From Nemertoderma westbladi (lineage: Eukaryota; Animalia; Xenacoelomorpha): a stretch of DNA of 64,000 nt. Shown here piece by piece: positions 48,801 through 60,602 of the stretch. Each line of letters starts with the position of its first letter. Position 1 is the stretch's first letter. The stretch spans positions 62,001 through 126,000 of the forward strand of contig JAUCBJ010009057.1 of the NCBI GenBank assembly GCA_032718475.1, written 5' to 3'. The position numbers and the translations under genes were made by a program. Under the pieces are notes generated by a model. The model had not been told where the DNA came from. It worked only from the letters and a program-made list of their open reading frames with translations, and searched no databases.

Positions 48801-51800
48801 AGTACCGCAAGTATTGGTGTATCATGTAAGTACCGCAAGTATTGGTGTACCATGTAAGTACCGCAAGTGAGTACATCAAGTATTGGTGTACCATGTAAGT
48901 ACCGCAAGTATTGGTGTATCATGTAAGTACCGCAAGTATTGGTGTATCATGTAAGTACCGCAAGTGAGTACATCAAGTATTGGTGTACCATGTAAGTACC
49001 GCAAGTATTGGTGTACCATGTAAGTACCGCAACTATTGGTGTATCATGTAAGTACCGCAAGTATTGGTGTACCATGTAAGTACCGCAAGTATTGGTGTAT
49101 CATTTAAGTACCGCAAGTATTGGTGTACCATGTAAGTACCTCAAGTATTGGTGTATCATGTAAGTACCTCAAGTATTGGTGTACCATGTAAGTACCTCAA
49201 GTATTGGTGTATCATGTATGTACGGCAAGTATTGGTGTACCATGTAAGTACCGCAAGTGAGTACATCAAGTATTGGTGTACCATGTAAGTACCGCAAGTA
49301 TTGGTGTATCATGTATGTACGGCAAGTATTGGTGTACCATGTAAGTACCGCAAGTATTGGTGTATCATGTAAGTACCGCAAGTATTGGTGTACCATGTAA
49401 GTACCTCAAGTATTGGTGTATCATGTAAGTACCTCAAGTATTGGTGTACCATGTAAGTACCTCAAGTATTGGTGTATCATGTATGTACGGCAAGTATTGG
49501 TGTACCATGTAAGTACCTCAAGTATTGGTGTACCATGTAAGTACCGCAAGTATTGGTGTATCATGTAAGTACCGCAAGTATTGGTGTACCATGTAAGTAC
49601 CGCAAGTATTGGTGTATCATGTAAGTACCGCAAGTATTGCTGTACCATGTAAGTACCTCAAGTATTGGTGTATCATGTAAGTACCTCAAGTATTGGTGTA
49701 TCATGTAAGTACCTCAAGTATTGGTGTATCATGTAAGTACCGCAAGTATTGCTGTACCATGTAAGTACCTCAAGTATTGGTGTATCATGTAAGTACCTCA
49801 ATTATTGGTGTATCATGTAAGTACCTCAAGTATTGGTGTATCATGTATGTACCGCAAGTATTGATGTATCATGTAAGTACTGCAAGTATTGGTGTACCAT
49901 GTAAGTACCGCAAGTATTGGTGTACCATGTAAGTACCGCAAGTATTGGTGTACCATGTAAGTACCGCAAGTATTGGTGTACCATGTAAGTACCGCAAGTA
50001 TTGGTGTATCATGTAAGTACCGCAAGTATTGGTGTACCATGTAAGTACCTCAAGTATTGGTGTATCATGTAAGTACCTCAAGTATTGGTGTATCATGTAA
50101 GTACCTCAAGTATTGGTGTATCATGTATGTACCGCAAGTATTGATGTATCATGTAAGTACTGCAAGTATTGGTGTACCATGTAAGTACCTCAAGTATTGG
50201 TGTATCATGTATGTACGGCAAGTATTGGTGTACCATGTAAGTACCGCAAGTATTGGTGTACCATGTAAGTACTGCAAGTATTGGTGTACCATGTAAGTAC
50301 TGCAAGTATTGGTGTACCATGTAAGTACCTCAAGTATTGGTGTATCATGTAAGTACCGCAAGTATTGGTGTACCATGTAAGTACCTCAAGTATTGGTGTA
50401 TCATGTAAGTACCGCAAGTATTGGTGTACCATGTAAGTACCGCAAGTATTGGTGTATCATGTAAGTACCGCAAGTATTGGTGTATCATGTAAGTACCGCA
50501 AGTATTGGTATACCATGTAAGTACCGCAAGTATTGGTGTACCATGTAAGTACCGCAAGTATTGGTGTACCATGTAAGTACCGCAAGTATTGGTGTATCAT
50601 GTAAGTACCGCAAGTATTGGTGTATCATGTAAGTACCGCAAGTATTGGTGTATCATGTAAGTACCGCAAGTATTGGTGTACCATGTAAGTACCGCAAGTA
50701 TTGGTGTACCATGTAAGTACCGCAAGTATTGGTGTATCATGTAAGTACCGCAAGTATTGGTGTACCATGTAAGTACCGCAAGTATTGGTGTACCATGTAA
50801 GTACCGCAAGTATTGGTGTATCATGTAAGTACCGCAAGTATTGGTGTATCATGTAAGTACCGCAAGTATTGGTGTACCATGTAAGTACCGCAAGTATTGG
50901 TGTACCATGTAAGTACCTCAAGTATTGGTGTACCATGTAAGTACCGCAAGTGAGTACCTCAAGTATTGGTGTATCATGTAAGTACCGCAAGTATTGTTGT
51001 ACCATGTAAGTACCGCAAGTGAGTACATCAAGTATTGGTGTACCATGTAAGTACCGCAAGTGAGTACATCAAGTATTGGTGTACCATGTAATTACCGCAA
51101 GTATTGGTGTACCATGTAAGTACCGCAACTATTGGTGTACCATGTAAGTACCGCAAGTGAGTACATCAAGTATTGGTGTACCATGTAAGTACCGCAAGTA
51201 TTGGTGTACCATGTAAGTACCGCAAGTATTGGTGTTCCATGTAAGTACCGCAAGTATTGGTGTACCATGTAAGTACCGCAAGTGAGTACATCAAGTATTG
51301 GTGTACCATGTAAGTATCGCAAGTATTGGTGTATCATGTAAGTACCGCAAGTATTGGTGTATCATGTAAGTACCGCAAGTGAGTACATCAAGTATTGGTG
51401 TACCATGTAAGTACCGCAAGTATTGGTGTATCATGTAAGTACCGCAAGTATTGGTGTACCATGTAAGTACCGCAAGTGAGTACATCAAGTATTGGTGTAC
51501 CATGTAAGTACCGCAAGTATTTGTGTATCATGTAAGTACCGCAAGTATTGGTGTATCATGTAAGTACCGCAAGTGAGTACATCAAGTATTGGTGTACCAT
51601 GTAAGTACCGCAAGTATTGGTGTACCATGTAAGTACCGCAACTATTGGTGTATCATGTAAGTACCGCAAGTATTGGTGTACCATGTAAGTACCGCAAGTA
51701 TTGGTGTATCATTTAAGTACCGCAAGTATTGGTGTACCATGTAAGTACCGCAAGTGAGTACATCAAGTATTGGTGTACCATGTAAGTACCGCAAGTATTG

Positions 51801-54800
51801 GTGTATCATGTATGTACGGCAAGTATTGGTGTACCATGTAAGTACCGCAAGTATTGGTGTATCATGTAAGTACCGCAAGTATTGGTGTACCATGTAAGTA
51901 CCGCAAGTGAGTACATCAAGTATTGGTGTACCATGTAAGTACCGCAAGTATTGGTGTATCATGTAAGTACCGCAAGTATTGGTGTATCATTTAAGTACCG
52001 CAAGTGAGTACATCAAGTATTGGTGTACCATGTAAGTACCGCAAGTATTGGTGTACCATGTAAGTACCGCAACTATTGGTGTATCATGTAAGTACCGCAA
52101 GTATTGGTGTACCATGTAAGTACCGCAAGTGAGTACATCAAGTATTGGTGTACCATGTAAGTACCGCAAGTATTGGTGTATCATGTAAGTACCGCAAGTA
52201 TTGGTGTATCATGTAAGTACCGCAAGTATTGGTGTATCATGTAAGTACCGCAAGTATTGGTGTACCATGTAAGTACCGCAAGTGAGTACATCAAGTATTG
52301 GTGTACCATGTAAGTACCGCAAGTATTGGTGTATCATGTAAGTACCGCAAGTATTGGTGTATCATGTAAGTACCGCAAGTATTGGTGTATCATGTAAGTA
52401 CCGCAAGTATTGGTGTATCATGTAAGTACCGCAAGTATTGGTGTACCATGTAAGTACCTCAAGTATTGGTTTATCATGTAAGTACCGCAAGTATTGGTGT
52501 ATCATGTAAGTACCGCAAGTATTGGTGTACCATGTAAGTACCGCAAGTATTGGTGTATCATGTAAGTACCGCAAGTATTGGTGTATCATGTAAGTACCGC
52601 AAGTATTGGTGTATCATGTAAGTACCGCAAGTATTGGTGTACCATGTAAGTACCGCAAGTGAGTACATCAAGTATTGGTGTACCATGTAAGTACCGCAAG
52701 TATTGGTGTATCATGTAAGTACCGCAAGTATTGGTGTATCATGTAAGTACCGCAAGTATTGGTGTATCATGTAAGTACCGCAAGTATTGGTGTATCATGT
52801 AAGTACCGCAAGTATTGGTGTACCATGTAAGTACCTCAAGTATTGGTTTATCATGTAAGTACCGCAAGTATTGGTGTATCATGTAAGTACCGCAAGTATT
52901 GGTGTACCATGTAAGTACCTCAAGTATTGGTGTATCATGTAAGTACCGCAAGTATTGGTGTATCATGTAAGTACCGCAAGTATTGGTGTATCATGTAAGT
53001 ACCGCAAGTGAGTACATCAAGTATTGGTGTACCATGTAAGTACCGCAAGTATTGGTGTACCATGTAAGTACCGCAAGTGAGTACATCAAGTATTGGTGTA
53101 CCATGTAAGTATCGCAAGTATTGGTGTATCATGTAAGTACCGCAAGTATTGGTGTATCATGTAAGTACCGCAAGTGAGTACATCAAGTATTGGTGTACCA
53201 TGTAAGTACCGCAAGTATTGGTGTATCATGTAAGTACCGCAAGTATTGGTGTACCATGTAAGTACCGCAAGTGAGTACATCAAGTATTGGTGTACCATGT
53301 AAGTACCGCAAGTATTGGTGTATCATGTAAGTACCGCAAGTATTGGTGTATCATGTAAGTACCGCAAGTGAGTACATCAAGTATTGGTGTACCATGTAAG
53401 TACCGCAAGTATTGGTGTACCATGTAAGTACCGCAACTATTGGTGTATCATGTAAGTACCGCAAGTATTGGTGTACCATGTAAGTACCGCAAGTATTGGT
53501 GTATCATTTAAGTACCGCAAGTATTGGTGTACCATGTAAGTACCGCAAGTGAGTACATCAAGTATTGGTGTACCATGTAAGTACCGCAAGTATTGGTGTA
53601 TCATGTATGTACGGCAAGTATTGGTGTACCATGTAAGTACCGCAAGTATTGGTGTATCATGTAAGTACCGCAAGTATTGGTGTACCATGTAAGTACCGCA
53701 AGTGAGTACATCAAGTATTGGTGTACCATGTAAGTACCGCAAGTATTGGTGTATCATGTAAGTACCGCAAGTATTGGTGTATCATTTAAGTACCGCAAGT
53801 GAGTACATCAAGTATTGGTGTACCATGTAAGTACCGCAAGTATTGGTGTACCATGTAAGTACCGCAACTATTGGTGTATCATGTAAGTACCGCAAGTATT
53901 GGTGTACCATGTAAGTACCGCAAGTGAGTACATCAAGTATTGGTGTACCATGTAAGTACCGCAAGTATTGGTGTATCATGTAAGTACCGCAAGTATTGGT
54001 GTATCATGTAAGTACCGCAAGTATTGGTGTATCATGTAAGTACCGCAAGTATTGGTCTACCATGTAAGTACCGCAAGTGAGTACATCAAGTATTGGTGTA
54101 CCATGTAAGTACCGCAAGTATTGGTGTATCATGTAAGTACCGCAAGTATTGGTGTATCATGTAAGTACCGCAAGTATTGGTGTATCATGTAAGTACCGCA
54201 AGTATTGGTGTATCATGTAAGTACCGCAAGTATTGGTGTACCATGTAAGTACCTCAAGTATTGGTTTATCATGTAAGTACCGCAAGTATTGGTGTATCAT
54301 GTAAGTACCGCAAGTATTGGTGTACCATGTAAGTACCGCAAGTATTGGTGTATCATGTAAGTACCGCAAGTATTGGTGTATCATGTAAGTACCGCAAGTA
54401 TTGGTGTATCATGTAAGTACCGCAAGTATTGGTGTACCATGTAAGTACCGCAAGTGAGTACATCAAGTATTGGTGTACCATGTAAGTACCGCAAGTATTG
54501 GTGTATCATGTAAGTACCGCAAGTATTGGTGTACCATGTAAGTACCGCAAGTATTGGTGTATCATGTAAGTACCGCAAGTATTGGTGTATCATGTAAGTA
54601 CCGCAAGTATTGGTGTATCATGTAAGTACCGCAAGTATTGGTGTATCATGTAAGTACCGCAAGTATTGGTGTACCATGTAAGTACCTCAAGTATTGGTTT
54701 ATCATGTAAGTACCGCAAGTATTGGTGTATCATGTAAGTACCGCAAGTATTGGTGTACCATGTAAGTACCGCAAGTATTGGTGTATCATGTAAGTACCGC

Positions 54801-55029
54801 AAGTATTGGTGTATCATGTAAGTACCGCAAGTATTGGTGTATCATGTAAGTACCGCAAGTATTGGTGTACCATGTAAGTACCGCAAGTGAGTACATCAAG
54901 TATTGGTGTACCATGTAAGTACCGCAAGTATTGGTGTATCATGTAAGTACCGCAAGTATTGGTGTACCATGTAAGTACCGCAAGTATTGGTGTATCATGT
55001 AAGTACCGCAAGTATTGGTGTATCATGTA
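27847..55029. repeat. 28-bp satellite, main array (~27 kb, over 900 units) with 41-bp variant units and kb-scale higher-order duplications
   Basis: Same unit and orientation as the left array. Diagnostic variants (GAGTACATC, AATTACC, TGTTCC, CAACTATT, GGTTTATC, TGCTGT, TGATGT) recur in conserved order. Confidence 0.99.
34518..34617. other. Assembly gap (100 N)
   Basis: Run of exactly 100 N, typical of a scaffolding gap of unknown size. Confidence 0.99.
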
Positions 55030-56229
55030 TGTTCTCGCTTTTAAGACCTTTGGCAGTTTAACCCGCCAAATCTATATGTCTTCTAGGTTATAAATCGACT
55101 TTAGCCTATGACAAGTATTTGACACAAATAAATCCAACATTAGCCGAAGCCAGTCTATGCGCGACCATTCACCCGCTGGATATACCCGGGAGACTGGATT
55201 CGGATGCTTTAATTTGATTGCGGTGCAGGTCTACCGTACTATTCGATTGATCGTTAATATATAATCTCTGACAAATATTATTCACTTTCGGGAAATATTA
55301 GCAGTTCCTTTAGGACGTGGCGCTCTATCTATATAAACAGAGCTATGGCTTACACTAAACACAACGAATGGATTATAAGTTACACATAAGGCGCATTCTT
55401 TAGGAGATGCTTTGTTACGCGGACAAGCACATACAGACTATTGCACACCGCTGCACACTGAATTGCCGATAGTCACTGATTTTAATCATATATAAAGAGA
55501 ATAGCAACCGGCATTTGTAGAGCCTATAAAATAGCATTCAATTCACTACACACTACAAACCACGATAATATAAGCCGCAATTGCTATATGTTGCCGGTCT
55601 CTCTAACCTTAGTGTATCAAGAAGATCGGGGTTTCTGATCGTTTATAGTTATTCTCCAAATAACAATATGCAAACGAATGATACATTTAATAACAAACAG
55701 CAAATAGCAGTAAATAATGTGCAATACAGCAGCAGGTACCGTACCGGTCCTCACGCTGTCCAGTGCTGGTCATGTACCGGTAACAGTTATGTGATCTTAT
55801 AATTAAAGACGTTCTAATGTTGGAATAATTCAGAATAATTCCATGGCCGATGTTCATGGCATCAGGAAAACCAACACACTGAACCCTGTGAGCTGCTGCA
55901 GGTAGATTTCAACACAGAAAGGAAAAGCTCTCATTGGCAGAGTTCCATATTCCACAGGTTCCAAATCGTCTAAAATGCCAAACCACCCTAGCCTTTGCAG
56001 CCAATTACATTGATTTAGCCAACATAAGGCTGAATCGCTCTGCTTGGTTGACCTTGCTCTGGTTGGTTGATCGAACCCAACAAAGAGGCCGTCGCTAGGC
56101 AAATCAGCCAATCAGCCGGTAGCTTTCATCCTTTGAGTTAGGGAGTTTTTCTTTAGAGTATTTGAGCGCATTAAGGGAAACTGGATGGCGAAGCAAAAGG
56201 GCCAGTTATATCCCGCAAAAGCTTTTACA
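55030..56229 (-). repeat. 3' LTR of element B (1200 bp)
   Basis: Minus strand reads TGTAAAAGCTTTTGCGG…GCGAGAACA. The U5-side half is clearly homologous to the A LTR; the U3-side ~400 bp is largely divergent. Confidence 0.92.
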
Positions 56230-56307
56230 CCGCTCCCAGAAAATGGGATTTAATACTATAAAATATAAAAAATCACAGTTTCTAAAATATAAAAATACTC
56301 TAAACAG

Positions 56308-56652
56308 TTAGTCTGTCTTGCATGGACGGCGTTTATGCAGTTTTTTAAAGCTAGCAAGAGTCCTTTTCTCTTTGGGGGGAGCCACTTTACTAGGAGGGCC
56401 ATAACTCCTGGGTGCAATGTGATTGCATCATAAGGTGTAGGATTATGGTCGGGGTATCCGCCGTTTCGATATGCTTCTCCTCGAGCTGATTTTCCTCCGC
56501 TCATCGTTGGATACGTTCGTCCAAACTCTCGCCGAGAATAGGGTCATCCAAGCTCAATATCGTCTTAGAGATTCGGGATTTCCCAATCGAACTGGGATAA
56601 AGCCAATCTGTTTACCGCTTGGACTTGCCGTTATAATTTAAGTTTATCTGAA
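56308..56652 (-). pseudogene. Remnant of the extra ORF in element B (internal deletion of ~2.7 kb, stops and frameshifts)
   Basis: Minus strand encodes …GGYPDHNPTPYDAITLHP/PRSYGPPSKVAPPKEKRTLASFKKLHKRRPCKTD*, joined directly to a segment matching QVQAV…AEENQLEE of ORF 22335-24851. Confidence 0.85.
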
Positions 56653-57194
56653 TGTTAGCTTATTCAATCCCGCCAACACCCCATAAAGTTATAAGCCGAT
56701 AAGCAATATTGGGAGCCACGAGGTTGGGCAATTAACCAACTCGTGCCATCCCAATAAGAGTGGGAAGGAAGCACACAATAGAGGGTCAGGGGCCAAACCC
56801 CTAACCCAGAGAGAACAGGTGGAGTGAACGGGAATACTCCACGGGGCGCCAACAAGGGTATTAACCAATCAGAGGGGGGGAATGGCATCGATTGAGTAGC
56901 AGTAAGGCCACCGTGCAATATAACCAATAACCTATTAATCAGTGATTCAGTTATCTCAGTGCAGCAGTGCTAGCGTAGGGTACAGTCAATTAGTTTAGTT
57001 AGGGGATCACGGGACTTTAGTTACCGTATCCCGCCTTGTACACAATATACCTATATCTATATCCTATGCCCTGTTATTATTATACACCGAACTTCAGAAC
57101 TCAGTTACCTTTATTTCACCCTTATACACGGCGGGGACGCGTGGACTAAATTACCACATCGGATAAATCGGGATCCCTCCTGGATCCCGTCACA
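56653..57194 (+). repeat. Probable 5' LTR of element C (~542 bp, TGT…ACA)
   Basis: The start is fixed by the nesting junction. The end is inferred from GTCACA, preceded by a perfect hairpin (57169-57189) and followed by a PBS-like GTAACTAAA. The second LTR is not in the window, so the end is unconfirmed. Confidence 0.6.
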
Positions 57195-57274
57195 GTAACT
57201 AAATCCGAGCTGCCGCCCCAGTTAAACTCTGAGAACTATACTGCTAGCTAGTCGAACTCCACCGAGCAGACGAG

Positions 57275-60200
57275 ATGAGTGAATCGGGCGAGACACCGCC
57301 GCGGACCCCGGACGAAGATCAAACGATCCGCGAGGCCGCGACCAAGCGATACAGGCCCACGACGCCGGAGCCATCGATAACGGGCGAACCGGAAGTTGAG
57401 GATGAGGGGGGCCTGGAACCCGAAGTTGAGCTAAGAGAGAAAGAGAGCGAGATGGAGGGAGAAGGAGATGAGTCGACACGGGACGGAGAACGGCGCGCCG
57501 ATGTCGCCGGCCAGCTACCGGCCGAGGGCGACGAGCGGCCCACCGAAACGGTGGGGCCGACGGTGCGACGCCGGACGCGAAGAGACGGAGGAGAGATTGG
57601 TACCGATGTCGCCGGCCAGCTACAGGCCGAGGGCGACGGACGGCCCACCGGAACGGCGACGGTGGAGCCGCCGGTACGACGACGAACCCGGAGGAACGGA
57701 GGAGAGGTCGGCGACGAGGACGTCGGGGTTTCAGAGCGACTTCGACGGGCCTACAACGCGACCCGAAAGCTGATGAAGGACACCAAGAAGGAAGGGGCGA
57801 AGGTAGACGAGGTGAGACTGAGAAAGCGACTAGGTGAGTCGGATAGACACTTAAATTACCTAATACGTTTTGGGCAGAGAGAACTAGCCGAGGAGAGGGC
57901 ACAGGGAATTGCAGGCGAACTGTTTGAACTATGGGAGTGTGGGAGTATGGAACCTAGCGTAGCGCCAGTGTACATAGGGCCATACTTGGTCGATGCCCGG
58001 GGAGTGAAACCAGTGGGTTGGAGGGGACCTGAGGGGGGCGAATCCGAGGTTAACCCCGAGGATTCGGCCTCGTCGGTCGGAGAAAGCTCCGGGAAACGGG
58101 AGAAAGTTAGTAGGTCGGGAAGGCGGGGGAAGTCCGTCGTAACCGATAAGTCTGTTACATCCTCCGCGAAAGGAAGAGCGGTGAGAGAGATAGGTGCCGA
58201 ATATCGTTTCAGCATGGCAGCGAAAGATCATAGAGAAATGAAGGAACGGCTAGAGGAAGGGAGACTGCGGTTAGAGAGGGAAACGGCATTGCTTAAAGAA
58301 ACAGGAGAGAGGGCCGAAAGGGCTTTGAAAAGCCTAAGGGAGTATGATGAGATAGAGGAAAGGGAGTGTAGGGAGCGTGAGGCGAGAGGGGAAAAAGAAC
58401 GCAAGGAGCGTGAGGCGGAACGCAAGGAGCGTGAGGCGAGAGGGGAAAAGGAACGCAAGGAGCGTGAGGCGGAACGCAAGGAGCGTGAGGCGAGAGAGGA
58501 AAGGGAACGGAAGGAGCGTGAGGCAAGGGAGGAAAGGGAACGCAAGGAGCGTGAGGCGGAACGCAAGGAGCGTGAGGCGAGAGAGGAAAAGGAACGCAAG
58601 GAGCGCGAAGTGAGACGAAGGGAGAGTATTAAGAGTGCTGCAGAGTCGGCCATTAGGGACACCCAGGAGCGTAAGAGGAGAGTGGCAGAGACTGAGGGAG
58701 AAAACAAGAAAATAGAGAGACTACAGAGTGAGTCTGCGGGAGATGAGATTAAACGGGCGCACGAGTTGCAACTCGTGCGAAAAGCGCCGTCTGAAAGCGG
58801 GACCGGCTCGAGTATTTTTAGGGAGCCGGAGGCCGTAGAAACATTTATTAATACCCCACTGACAGGGACCGCACGACAGACTCAAGACTGGTGCGACCGT
58901 ACGAGCGGGGGGGGGGGGTAATAATAATATTGGTACAGTAGACGTTGTTAATATTGATAATACCGTATGGGACAACACTAATCAAACCTTTATTACAGGT
59001 AATGCTTTACATAGTGGTAGTAATTTAAATTTAAATCAGAACGCCCCTAGTATTAATGTAGGAAATAACTCTAATATTAATGTAGCTACGCAAAATAATT
59101 CAAATAATCAAAATAATAACCCAGATTCGAATCTACAAAATAATTTAAATAACGCAATTACGCAAAACAATTTGAATAATTTAAATAATGACCTATGCCC
59201 GAATTTACAAAATAATTCAGATAACGTAGTCGTACAGAATAATACAAATAACTTTGTTCCAAACGAACAAAATAATTCCGTTTCCAATATGGGTGCTATT
59301 AATGTAAACACGTCGGGCCTACATAACCAGGCCGAAGAGGGCCTGGTAGGTCACATAGTCGATAGCCAGACGGATGAGGGCCTGGTAGGCCACGTAGTTA
59401 GTAGACAGGGAATAGAGGGCCTGGTAGGCCACGTAGTTAGTAGACAGGGAGCAGAGGGCCTGGTAGGCCACGTAGTTGGTAGGCAGGGAGTAGAGGGCCT
59501 GGTAGGCCACGCAATAGCAGAGGGAGAGGCGGGGGTGAATGGACCCGACCGCAGTAGGGTTGATGTGTCGACTAGAGAGGTATATAATAGCGGGGAGAGA
59601 GGTAGCGAAGTTAGATGTAGCGAGTGGGGGGGGGGGGGGCTACGAGGACCCCACAACAGAGAGTTAGCGGCGAGAGGGGGGGGGGGGGCAGGGAGTGTCC
59701 CACAGCCGTCAGCGGATAATGCGAGGGCCGAGATAGGTAAACCGCAACGACCGGCGACGGAAAGTAATAGGGGGATCGCGAGTATCCCCAGCGACGTGCG
59801 ACCGAGCAGAGAGAGACAGGTTGACGTCGCGAGAGGGCAGACGGAGCGTCGAGCCCGATCAGAGGAGGGAAGAAGAACAGTGGGGTTTAACCGGGAGGTC
59901 GACGAGAGATCTCGCGAGCGGGAATATTCCACTGATAGGAGAAGAAAGGAAGACAGTAGTAGAAGTATCGCCGCAAACGATGGAAGAGCGAGGACGGACA
60001 GCGAGCCGTCGGTAGTCGAGATGAGAACGGAGAGTCAGTGGGGTCGGACTCCGGGAGATTGCCGTCGCCCCGGAGGGATGCAACCCGGTGAGATGCATTA
60101 CACGACGAGAGAGGGGTACATGATGTACCGGTACGAAGATGAGAACAGTAGAGGGGGGGGGTCGAAGAGAAACTTTCCGACGGGATATACTTACCGAACG

Positions 60201-60602
60201 AGAATACGGTAGCCACGGGGAGGATTATTCGAGAAGAATAAACTTCGATCCCGAGCAACACATGCAGACTGTAGGGCATACTGTAGGCCTTACTGCACAT
60301 ACCGTAGGCCATACTGAGAGAGGCAATGTAGGCGATAGGATAGCGCGGACGACGGAATTAAACCCCGAAGTCGCGGAGTACATACCGGCGGGTAGGCCAG
60401 AAGCTGATAGGCCTATACCGGTACCAGCACAGCAGTATGACTACAGCATGCGAGGACATAACATATACCCAGGGGAGGGGGGAATTATTGCGGATAGGTG
60501 CATGGGCCCCAACATATTAACATCAACCCCATTCCCAAACATACCGGTGGGGGGGGGGGACAGGGTGACATTCCCCCATCACAATATCAACAATATACCC
60601 CG
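57275..60602 (+). CDS. gag: Long low-complexity N-terminal Gag extension of element C, split by frameshifts at poly-G runs
   Basis: Frames 57275-58921, ~58920-60212 and 60139-60609 switch at G12 (58907-58918), G9 (60153-60161) and G11 (60549-60559). Contains ERKEREA repeats, an Asn-rich island and EGLVGHVVSRQG repeats. Confidence 0.7.
58370..58610 (+). repeat. Coding minisatellite (ERKEREA; 21/33-bp units) in element C gag
   Basis: GAACGCAAGGAGCGTGAGGCG repeated in frame. Confidence 0.92.
59335..59515 (+). repeat. 39-bp coding repeat x5 (EGLVGHVVSRQG) in element C gag
   Basis: GAGGGCCTGGTAGG(C/T)CAC recurs every 39 bp. Confidence 0.92.

Larger units (their letters stand above)
55030..56652 (-). 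mobile_element. Element B: 3' end of a diverged relative of element A in reverse orientation (3' LTR, PPT, deleted remnant of the extra ORF), interrupted by element C
   Basis: Reverse complement of 55030 onward matches the A LTR end. CCGCTCCC PPT at 56230-56237. 56308-56462 matches the extra-ORF C-terminus, and 56463-56652 matches ~23510-23697. Confidence 0.93.

Noticed and set aside
681-55026. The many short MIHQYLRYLH…/MVYHVST… ORFs in the satellite arrays
   Set aside because: They are translation artefacts of a 28-bp unit cycling through frames; useful only as markers of variant order.
1-55029. 28-bp repeats as a CRISPR array
   Set aside because: Units are head-to-tail with no unique spacers, there are no cas genes, and the context is eukaryotic retroelements.
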